From the NCBI GenBank assembly GCA_963665125.2, contig CAXXUK010000002.1, positions 384,001 to 448,000 on the forward strand: a stretch of 64,000 nucleotides of DNA, given 5' to 3'. Of the stretch, positions 28,402-36,517 are shown piece after piece. The notes beneath the pieces are model-generated. The model was not told where the DNA came from, did not search any database, and worked only from the letters and a program-made list of their open reading frames with translations. Position 1 is the first letter of the stretch; every line of letters begins with the position of its first letter. The stretch is from an uncultured Desulfarculus sp. Lineage in GTDB: Bacteria; Desulfobacterota; Desulfarculia; Desulfarculales; Desulfarculaceae. Both the position numbers and the translations under genes were made by a program.

Positions 28402-29544
28402 TCACAAAAAATAATACTGAATTATGGCGAACACCGAGTCGGTTACTATGATCAAAAACAAGGCGGCCACCACGGCGCCGGTGGTGGCCTTGCCCACGCC
28501 GGCCGCGCCGCCGCCGACCACGAAGCCCTTTTGGCAGCCGATGACGGCGATTAGCAGTCCGAACAACGATGACTTGGCCATGCTGGTGAACAGGTCGCCG
28601 ATGTCAAAGCTGGCCATGGTCTGGTTGATATAGGTGTACGGCGTCAGGTCCAGGCCGGCGACGCCCACGAACATGCCCCCTATGATGGCCGCGGAGATGG
28701 CGAACAGGTTGAGGATGGGCACCATCAACACCGCGGCGATGACCTTTGGTATGGCTAGGAACAGTGTAGGATCGTAGCCCATCACCTCCAGGGCGTCGAC
28801 TTCCTCGTTAACCTTCATGGTGCCGATCTCGGCGGCAAAGGCCGAACCCGAGCGGCCGGCCACCAGGATGGAGGTCATTATCGGGCCCAGCTCACGGACC
28901 ATGGCCACGGCGACCAGGGTGGCCACGTATATGTCGGCGCCAAAGCTCTTGAGCTGCAAGGAGGACATGAAAGCCATGATCATGCCCAGCAGCAAGCCGA
29001 TAAGGGCAACGATGGGCAGACCCTCGACCCCCACCGCATGCGTGTAATAAAAGACGTCTCCCAGGCGCAAGGAGCCGGGCCTTCTAAGTAAAAAAAACAG
29101 CCCCTTGGTAATTTGTCCCACGAAACCGATGATGTTGCCGACGTCCTGGCCCACGGCCCTGGCCGTGCGCCCCAAATCTTCCACAAAATTGCGTTTTCTG
29201 TCGGTTTTATTGATTGGTTCGGCCAGGACCTGCTCGGGGACGACCAGTGTGAGCATTGACTCAAAGAGGGCGTCTCCGCCCTGGATTGAAACCTGGACGT
29301 TGGCCGGGGCGTTTGCCTTGAACAATTGCAAGACCATGGCTCCCGACGTATCGAGGTAATTCAGCCCGGACAGGTCGATCAGCACCGAGGGAGGCAAGCC
29401 GCTCTCGACGGCCGTTTCCAGGTCGGCTTCGCACTTGTCGACCTGGTCAACGCCAAGCCGGCCCGACAACTCAATACGCAGCTGCGAATCGCCGACACGG
29501 CTTGTCTCAACGGACAATTTTCTTTTTCGTTTTTTGACTGTCAT
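28402..29544 (-). CDS. mlaE: MlaE permease with N-terminal STAS domain
   Basis: DLSGLNYLDTSG (STAS); RELGP, AGRSGSAFAAEIGTMKVNEEVDAL, VGKATT. Confidence 0.92.
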   Translation of the reverse strand: MTVKKRKRKLSVETSRVGDSQLRIELSGRLGVDQVDKCEADLETAVESGLPPSVLIDLSGLNYLDTSGAMVLQLFKANAPANVQVSIQGGDALFESMLTLVVPEQVLAEPINKTDRKRNFVEDLGRTARAVGQDVGNIIGFVGQITKGLFFLLRRPGSLRLGDVFYYTHAVGVEGLPIVALIGLLLGMIMAFMSSLQLKSFGADIYVATLVAVAMVRELGPIMTSILVAGRSGSAFAAEIGTMKVNEEVDALEVMGYDPTLFLAIPKVIAAVLMVPILNLFAISAAIIGGMFVGVAGLDLTPYTYINQTMASFDIGDLFTSMAKSSLFGLLIAVIGCQKGFVVGGGAAGVGKATTGAVVAALFLIIVTDSVFAIIQYYFL

Positions 29545-29571
29545 GGCAAATTGCTGCGTCCGGGCTACTGG

Positions 29572-30141
29572 CTAATCAAACCTCATGTCCTTGAATTCTT
29601 TTTCGCTGACCGGCATTTCAGAGCCGCTGATCAATGGCGAACAGCCCATGCAGACGGCTCCCAGGATTTTTTTGCCGTCTTTTACGGGTTTGCACACAAC
29701 GAATATCTTGAAATTCATGCTGTACAGGACCAGGTGGCTTGTCTGGCCGTCGTTGATGACCTTGGAAATGCCCTTGTAGTTGGCGTAATTGTAGTTCAGG
29801 GACGGAGCCGCCAGCTGTTCTGGTTTTTTCGGCTTGGGATAGCGGCCGACCAACACGTGGCCCTTGGCGTTGAACGCCACCAGGCCGATGCGCAACGGCT
29901 TGTCTTCCTGGTCGGGTTGCTCAAAGGCTTTTTCAAATACTTCGCCTATTTGTTTGTCCTGCTCTTCGGCCATGTAGGGTTTGACCTGCTCCACAAGGTT
30001 ATTGAGCAGATTAACCGTGTTTTGCCGGAAACCCTCGGCCTCTGGGCTCAGGGATTCCTGACCGCAGGAGCCGATCAGCGGCAGCAGGGCCACGAATAGA
30101 TATGGCAGAATTGATCGAGCGAATAAAGCCAAGCGCCGCAT
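29572..30141 (-). CDS. Hypothetical lipoprotein (possible Cache-like fold)
   Basis: Signal peptide with lipobox IGSC; in line with the mla operon. Confidence 0.65.
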   Translation of the reverse strand: MRRLALFARSILPYLFVALLPLIGSCGQESLSPEAEGFRQNTVNLLNNLVEQVKPYMAEEQDKQIGEVFEKAFEQPDQEDKPLRIGLVAFNAKGHVLVGRYPKPKKPEQLAAPSLNYNYANYKGISKVINDGQTSHLVLYSMNFKIFVVCKPVKDGKKILGAVCMGCSPLISGSEMPVSEKEFKDMRFD

Positions 30142-30348
30142 AGAAGCCTCCTCGGCAGCAGTATAGCACAGCCCGTCACAAAGTATAGCCTTTTCACTGT
30201 CTTAACGATGATGACGCCCGGAGCCGGACGGGCGGCCCGCCGGGTTTGGAGGCGCTTGCCTTTTGCCCGGCCAGCAGTATGGATGCTTCTGATAAAGGCG
30301 GTTTCCGCCGCTGATGCTATTCCTGGCTTTTCAGGAACTGGCAAGCAT

Positions 30349-30633
30349 TTACGCACATGTTATATTCAACGGAACCCACGCCGTACCATCTATTGCAATC
30401 TTTTGGCAATACTCCAGGGAGCCATCCGGGGATCTGCCGATGATAAAGCGGTTTAAAAGGTAGGAATTGTAGGCGTTTTGGGTGGCGGCTGACTGGCCCG
30501 CGCCGGCCTTCTTGGCCAAGAATTCAATCAATGGCGGCGAGTCTCCTGCCACGGCCTGCGGCAGCAGCGCGAAAGTGATTGCCGCGGCAAGGACCACGGC
30601 GGCGAGGATGAGAGCCGTGTTGCGCATGATCAT
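30349..30633 (-). CDS. Small exported hypothetical protein
   Basis: SD GGAG, signal peptide ending AVA, two C-terminal Cys. Confidence 0.5.
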   Translation of the reverse strand: MIMRNTALILAAVVLAAAITFALLPQAVAGDSPPLIEFLAKKAGAGQSAATQNAYNSYLLNRFIIGRSPDGSLEYCQKIAIDGTAWVPLNITCA

Positions 30634-30766
30634 CTCCGTTTACATGAGCGCGTACCAGCGTGAAATTGCCTTGCCCCGGATTTATGAGGCGGACCCGCGC
30701 TAAGAGGCAGTGCAATCCCGTTGCGTTCCCCGGTCAATCGGCCATTGCTGTCTTGATCTGCCGTTA

Positions 30767-32005
30767 CTAATTCTCGCGCACGTTGACCGGCGGGTTGAGG
30801 GGCTGCAAGAACGGCTTGACCTCCACGCCCTTGCCGGACTTGATGATCTCCGCCTCCAGCCAGCCCTGGTTGAACTGCATGGGGCCCCATTGGCGATTGC
30901 CCGACCACCAGGCTCCGCACAAGGCCGGGGCGGCAACCAGTTGCAGCGGCCCCTTGGCCGGGTTGAGCCAGCCGTGGTGAAAGGCGTGCTCGTGGCCGCT
31001 AACCAGGGCGCAGATATTGCGTTCCATCAGCATCTCAAACGCCTTGGCGGCGTTTTGGTCGACATCCCGTAGGGCGAACCCCGGCGGCGTCTCGGCCACA
31101 ACCAGCGAGCTTTTATGCAGGGGGTTGGCCCCGGTGACCGCCGAGGCCAGGGGGAAGTGGGTGCACAGAATCACCGGCATTTCCGGCGGCAGGGTGGCCA
31201 GGATGTCTTGCAGCCATTGCAGGGAGCTTTCGCTCATGCCGCCGCAGTTTTTCGGCTTGCCGCCGGGGCGCTGGCCCAGGGTCACGTTGTCGAGCATGAT
31301 GAATGCCACGCCCGCGGTCTTGTAGATATGGCGCATGGGGCCCATGTATTTGCGCCAAAGGCTGTAATCCACCTCCCCTTGATCGTAGCGCACGTCGTGA
31401 TTGCCCGGAATGGCTCGCCAAGGTTTGGGCAACAGGGCCGCCGCTTGGGCGCCGAGCTTCATCTGGCTTTCGGCGCGTTCTTCCGAGCCTTTATCCACCT
31501 CGTTGCACAGATCGCCCAATATTATGGTCAGGCGCGGATGGGAATATTTCACCTTCCTGGCCATGTCTTCCCAGGCGCGCAGGGGCTTCTCAGACGCTTG
31601 CTCGTCGATTTTGTAGTAATCGGGCAGGGTGGCATAGTCGAACAGATGCGGGTCGGCGATCAGGGCTATGCGCACGGGCAGTTTGATTTCGGATTGTTCA
31701 AGTTTTATTTGGTGGGGCGCCTTGGCCGCCTCGCCGGCGGTCATCCACCATTTGTCGGGCATGGCGTAGCCATCGGGCGCAGCGAACCAGACTATGCGGC
31801 CGCTTTCGGTCTTCAGGCTGAATTTGCCGTCGGCCCCGCTTTGGGCAACGGCGAACTCGTCGCTGACCGTAAGTCCCCCCAGCGGATTGCCCAAATTGTC
31901 AACGACCTGGCCGGTAATGCTCAGCGGGTCACCCGCCAGGGCGCTGGAGGCGAAAATCAGGATAAGGGCGAATATGGTTGCGGGCAGGAACCTGCGTTTG
32001 CTCAT
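30767..32005 (-). CDS. Exported calcineurin-like metallophosphoesterase
   Basis: Signal peptide (ALA); DPH, GDL, GNHD, THFP, SGHEH motifs. Confidence 0.88.
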   Translation of the reverse strand: MSKRRFLPATIFALILIFASSALAGDPLSITGQVVDNLGNPLGGLTVSDEFAVAQSGADGKFSLKTESGRIVWFAAPDGYAMPDKWWMTAGEAAKAPHQIKLEQSEIKLPVRIALIADPHLFDYATLPDYYKIDEQASEKPLRAWEDMARKVKYSHPRLTIILGDLCNEVDKGSEERAESQMKLGAQAAALLPKPWRAIPGNHDVRYDQGEVDYSLWRKYMGPMRHIYKTAGVAFIMLDNVTLGQRPGGKPKNCGGMSESSLQWLQDILATLPPEMPVILCTHFPLASAVTGANPLHKSSLVVAETPPGFALRDVDQNAAKAFEMLMERNICALVSGHEHAFHHGWLNPAKGPLQLVAAPALCGAWWSGNRQWGPMQFNQGWLEAEIIKSGKGVEVKPFLQPLNPPVNVREN

Positions 32006-32406
32006 AACAATCTCCGCAAAAAATATCAACGTGGCCGGATGACGGCCATCTATCGGGCGTTCTTTTCCAACCCAGATAATGCCTCATCAATGTTGGGCAG
32101 TCGAGCCGTATTTTTTTATGCGATTAGTTTCGGTAAATACTTTCAATTAAAGATTAGCGGCAGTTATTGCGTCGCAAGACTGTCACCATATTTTTTTCCA
32201 CACCTGTGAACAGCAATGTTAATATGTAGCCTCTGGGCTACTGTTCCCTGGTTGGCTTACGGAATACCCGCATTTTGGGCATTCTTGCAGCAACAACATG
32301 AAGATAATCAGCGGTAGGATCAGTCGGCCAAACCATCAAAACAGAAAAGACCGTCGCCGTATCAACAGGATAGGTGCATGGTTGGAATCAACGCCAGGTA
32401 CGCACA

Positions 32407-33912
32407 ATGACAGAGACAATATCAATTGATCCAGTGACCAGGCTGGAAGGGCACTACGCCGTCAAGGTGGAACTGCAAGATGGCCGCGTATCCAGCGCCC
32501 ACAGTTCCGGCGAGATGTTTCGAGGCTTTGAGACCATTCTCAAAGGCCGCAGCCCCATGGACGCCCAGCAGATAACCCAGCGCATCTGCGGCGTGTGCCC
32601 CATATCCCACGGTACGGCGTCCATCCTGGCCCAGGACCAGGCCTACGGGGTGGAGCCGCCCAAGGGAGGCCGCCTGCTGCGCAACCTGATCCTGGGCGCC
32701 AACTACATCCAATCGCACGTGGTCCATTTTTACCAGCTCAGCGCCTTGGACTTCATCGACGTCACGGCCGTACTGGGCTACGGCGGCTCGGACCCGGTGT
32801 TGTTGCACATCAAAAAATGGATCGCCGGCCAGACTGCCAGCAAATCGGTCTTTCCGGCCGCGCCGTTTTTGCCCCGCCTGAAAGGCGACTACATCGCCGA
32901 CACCGATCTAAACCTGGGCGGCCTGCGCCACTATGTCGACGCTCTAGGCGTCCGGGCCAAGGCCCACCAGATGGCCGCGTTGTTCGGCGGCAAGGTGCCC
33001 CATTCCACGGCCCTGGTGCCCGGCGGCGTGACCCAGCGCGTAACGGCGGACAACATAGCCGCCTATGGGGCCATGCTGCGGGATGTGCAGCAGTTTGTCG
33101 ACAATGTATATCTGCCCGATGTCGTGGCCGTGGCCCAGGCCTACCTGGGATACTTCGAGATCGGCAGGGGCTGCAACGAGTTTTTGGCCTACGGAGTGTT
33201 CCCCGAAGACAACGGCGAACCGATGCTGCCATCGGGCATTTTTTCCGGCGGATCGGTCAAGGCGTTCGATCATGAACTTATCACCGAAGACGTCCGGTAT
33301 TCGCTCTTTGATTCGCCCTCGGGTCTGAGGCCCGGCCAGGGCCAGACAAATGCCGCGCCGGACAAGGCCGGGGCCTATTCCTGGATCAAGGCCCCGCGCT
33401 ACGGCGGACGGCCCATGGAGGTGGGCCCCTTGGCCCGCCTGCTGGTGGCCCACGGCCAAGGCCATGCCGTGGTCAAACCCATGATAGATGGCCTGTTGGC
33501 CAAGCTGACTCTCGGCCCCGAGGCCCTGGTGTCGGTAATGGGACGCCACGCGGCCAGGGCCCTGGAATGCAAGATAGTGGCCGACCGTTGCGCGGGCTGG
33601 CTGGATGAACTGCGGCCGGGCATGGCCACCTTCAGCGACTTCCAGATCCCGGACAAGGCCCAGGGCATGGGCCTCACCGAGGCCCCCCGCGGCGCTCTGG
33701 GCCATTGGATCAATATCAGCGGCGGGCGCATCGGCGGGTATCAATGCGTGGTGCCCAGCACCTGGAACTGTTCGCCCAGGGACGACAAGGGGACGCCCGG
33801 TCCGGTGGAACAGGCCCTGGTGGGCACGCCCGTAGCCGACCTGGACAATCCCCTGGAAGCGGCAAGGGTGGTGCGTTCCTTCGATCCCTGCCTGGCCTGC
33901 GCCGTACATTAA
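32407..33912 (+). CDS. [NiFe]-hydrogenase large subunit without C-terminal extension
   Basis: IDPVTRLEGH, RGFE, L1 RICGVC, YSWIKAPRY, EAPRGALGHW, L2 DPCLACAVH immediately followed by TAA. Confidence 0.95.
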   Translation: MTETISIDPVTRLEGHYAVKVELQDGRVSSAHSSGEMFRGFETILKGRSPMDAQQITQRICGVCPISHGTASILAQDQAYGVEPPKGGRLLRNLILGANYIQSHVVHFYQLSALDFIDVTAVLGYGGSDPVLLHIKKWIAGQTASKSVFPAAPFLPRLKGDYIADTDLNLGGLRHYVDALGVRAKAHQMAALFGGKVPHSTALVPGGVTQRVTADNIAAYGAMLRDVQQFVDNVYLPDVVAVAQAYLGYFEIGRGCNEFLAYGVFPEDNGEPMLPSGIFSGGSVKAFDHELITEDVRYSLFDSPSGLRPGQGQTNAAPDKAGAYSWIKAPRYGGRPMEVGPLARLLVAHGQGHAVVKPMIDGLLAKLTLGPEALVSVMGRHAARALECKIVADRCAGWLDELRPGMATFSDFQIPDKAQGMGLTEAPRGALGHWINISGGRIGGYQCVVPSTWNCSPRDDKGTPGPVEQALVGTPVADLDNPLEAARVVRSFDPCLACAVH

Positions 33913-33930
33913 CAGCGTCGAGGAGTTGTC

Positions 33931-34860
33931 ATGAGTTTGTTCAGCAGAAGAGAATTCCTTAAGCTCGGCGCGCAGATGGCGGCCCTTTTGGGCGTCGGCG
34001 CGGCCATGGGCCCCAAGGCGGCCAGCGCCCTGGAGAGCATGGCCGCCGGTGAAGCGCCGGTGCTTTGGCTCCAGGGTCAGAGTTGCTCCGGCTGTTCGGT
34101 GTCGCTGTTGAATAGTGTGGCTCCCGATCCTTTGGACCTTTTGACCCGCTATATCAGCCTATGGTTCCACAGCACCCTATCGGCGGCCACCGGTCACCAG
34201 TGCATGGATCTGATAAATGACGGAATAGCCAAAGGAGGCTATTTTCTGGCCGTGGAAGGCTCCATTCCCCAGGGCATGCCAAAGGCCTGCGTTATCGGGC
34301 ATGAACCCATCACCGAGCAGGTTGCCCGCGCCGCCAAATCAGCCAAGGCCGTCGTCGCCGTGGGGGCCTGCGCGGCCTTTGGCGGCATACCGGCGGCCGA
34401 GGGCAACCCCACCGGCAGCGTCTCGGTGCCTGATTTCCTCAAGGAACAGGGCATAACTACCCCGGTTATCCGCCTGCCGGGCTGCCCGGTGCACCCGGAC
34501 TGGGTGGTGGGGACCCTGGTCCACGTGATCAAATTCGGCATGCCCGAACTGGATGCCATGGGCCGGCCCAAGGCCTTTTTCGGGCGCCTGGTACATGACC
34601 AGTGCCCCCGCTTTTCCGACTACGAGCGGGAAAACTTCGCCAAGACCTTTTCCGAAGACGGCTGCCTGTTCAAGCTGGGTTGCCTGGGGCCCATCACCCA
34701 TGCCGACTGCACCTTGCGCCAGTGGAACGGCGGCGTGAACACCTGCATCAGGGCCGGAGCTCCCTGCATAGGATGCGCTTCGGATAAATTCGCCAAGGCC
34801 AAGGACTTTCCATTTTACCGCAAGGGCGAGGCCAAGGCCCCCCAAGGAGGGCACAGTTGA
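33931..34860 (+). CDS. [NiFe]-hydrogenase small subunit with Tat signal
   Basis: SRREFLK; CSGC, GAC, GCP (proximal cluster); HDQC, CLFKLGC (distal); C..WN....CIRAGAPCIGC (medial, 4 Cys); no C-terminal TM. Confidence 0.95.
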   Translation: MSLFSRREFLKLGAQMAALLGVGAAMGPKAASALESMAAGEAPVLWLQGQSCSGCSVSLLNSVAPDPLDLLTRYISLWFHSTLSAATGHQCMDLINDGIAKGGYFLAVEGSIPQGMPKACVIGHEPITEQVARAAKSAKAVVAVGACAAFGGIPAAEGNPTGSVSVPDFLKEQGITTPVIRLPGCPVHPDWVVGTLVHVIKFGMPELDAMGRPKAFFGRLVHDQCPRFSDYERENFAKTFSEDGCLFKLGCLGPITHADCTLRQWNGGVNTCIRAGAPCIGCASDKFAKAKDFPFYRKGEAKAPQGGHS

Positions 34861-36446
34861 AAATTACAACCAAGTTAGTGCTTTACCTTGTGGCCGTGGT
34901 CCTGGTTACGGTCAGCGTTGTCCAGGCCGTGCAATACCGCCGGGCCCTGGGCCAAATCGACAAGCTGTCCCAGTCCCTGGTGGGCGTATTGCAGGATTGG
35001 GAAAAGCAGGGCGTGGAAAACGTCTTCATCAGCGTTGAGCGCTCGGTGGCCGGTTCGCTGGAACGCGGCGAGATGGACAAGTTTGAGCGAATACTTGAAG
35101 CTCAGCGCAACATCAATGGTTTGTTGGCATTTTCCCTGTATGACGCCAAGGGCAAGGTCCGATACAGTTCGGACCCCCAGGAAATAAACAAGACCCTGGT
35201 GGCGGAGGTGGCCCGGAAGGTTAACGGCGGCGGGCAACAGCTGTATCAGACCACGGAGCAGGTCGTGGAGATCATCGACCCCATTGTGGTCAAGCCGGAC
35301 TGCGTCCGTTGCCACACCACCTGGAAAACCGGCGATGTATGCGGCTTCAACGGGTTGAAATTTTCCCGCCAGGCCATTGCCTCGGCCAAGGCTCAAACAG
35401 TCAGCGCTGTTAACGATTTCAGCGGGAGCTGGTTGCTGTTGACCATAATCGCCGTTTCGGCCACGGTGGTCATCTTTGTGCTGGGTATGGCCTTAACAGT
35501 CAACCGGTTCGTGCGCAGTCCGCTACGGCGGGTCGTGGGCATGCTCAAAAAATACGACGTGGATCTGACCCTGGAAATGCCGGTTTTCTCCAAGGATGAA
35601 ATCGGCGAGATGGCCGGTCTGTTGAACGGATTCGTCAACAAGCTAAACGGCGTGGTTGGCAATGCCCAGCAGGCGGCGGAAGCGGTTGGAGACGGGGCCG
35701 ACAGCCAGGCCGCCACGGTGGAGCAAATATCGGCAACCATCGAGCAGATATCGGCCAACACCAAGGAAAACGCCGAAAACTCCAAAGCCGCCAGTCAAAT
35801 GATGTCCGAGGTGCGCGGCGGCGTGGAGCAGGCCGGTCAAACCATCGGCAAGTTGCACGAGGCCATGGGTGATCTGGATAGGGCCAGCCGCCAGGTGGCC
35901 GACATCATGGGCACCATAGACGGCATCGCCTTTCAGACCAACCTTCTGGCCCTCAACGCGGCCGTGGAGGCGGCAAGGGCGGGTGAAGCCGGGTCCGGAT
36001 TTGCCGTGGTGGCCGGCGAGGTGCGCAACCTGGCCCTGCGATCGGCCGAGGCGGCCAGAAACACCAACCAACTGATATCCGATACGCTCAGCCGCATCGA
36101 ACAGAGCGGCGCCATGGTCGACCAGGCCAGTGCAATGTTCGGCCAATTGCAAACCCGCATAACCAAGGCCAGCAATCTGGTCAACGAGATATCCGAGGCC
36201 AGCCAGGAGCAGGCCAAAGGTGTGTCCGAGACCAACAGCGCTCTGCACCAGATAGACGCCGCCACCCAGGGCAACGCGGCCCAGGCCAGGGAACTGACCG
36301 AGGTTATGAGCACCTTTGAAACCAGCTTCACCAAAAATGGCAACGCCGTCAACACTGCTCCACGGCAGGCAGCCCTTACCAGGCCGAAGGCGCGCCTTCT
36401 GCCCAAGGTTCAGCAAGACCAAAGCGAAGACTTCGAAGACTTTTAA
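34857..36446 (+). CDS. Methyl-accepting chemotaxis protein with periplasmic c-type heme motif
   Basis: TM1, periplasmic domain with CVRCH (35301-35315), TM2, HAMP (DEIGEM), IAFQTNLLALNAAVEAARAGEAGSGFAVVAGEVRNLA; C-terminal DFEDF pentapeptide; TTG start overlaps the small-subunit stop. Confidence 0.93.
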   Translation: MKITTKLVLYLVAVVLVTVSVVQAVQYRRALGQIDKLSQSLVGVLQDWEKQGVENVFISVERSVAGSLERGEMDKFERILEAQRNINGLLAFSLYDAKGKVRYSSDPQEINKTLVAEVARKVNGGGQQLYQTTEQVVEIIDPIVVKPDCVRCHTTWKTGDVCGFNGLKFSRQAIASAKAQTVSAVNDFSGSWLLLTIIAVSATVVIFVLGMALTVNRFVRSPLRRVVGMLKKYDVDLTLEMPVFSKDEIGEMAGLLNGFVNKLNGVVGNAQQAAEAVGDGADSQAATVEQISATIEQISANTKENAENSKAASQMMSEVRGGVEQAGQTIGKLHEAMGDLDRASRQVADIMGTIDGIAFQTNLLALNAAVEAARAGEAGSGFAVVAGEVRNLALRSAEAARNTNQLISDTLSRIEQSGAMVDQASAMFGQLQTRITKASNLVNEISEASQEQAKGVSETNSALHQIDAATQGNAAQARELTEVMSTFETSFTKNGNAVNTAPRQAALTRPKARLLPKVQQDQSEDFEDF

Positions 36447-36469
36447 TCTGGCTTGACAGCCATTAAAAA

Positions 36470-36497
36470 GGCCCGCACGGAGCGCTCCGTGCGGGCC
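36470..36497. terminator. Hairpin between the convergent MCP and fdh genes
   Basis: Perfect 28-bp palindrome GGCCCGCACGGAGCGCTCCGTGCGGGCC with an A-run on the left. Confidence 0.75.
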
Positions 36498-36517
36498 GAT
36501 TATTTGGTGGTATTGCG

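Noticed and set aside
32337..32363. Possible sigma28 promoter (CAAA-N15-GCCGTATC) for the hydrogenase-MCP operon
   Set aside because: Several mismatches to TAAA-N15-GCCGATAA; too weak to call without transcription start data.
33889..33891. Possible [NiFeSe] hydrogenase
   Set aside because: The L2 motif codon is TGC (Cys), not TGA.
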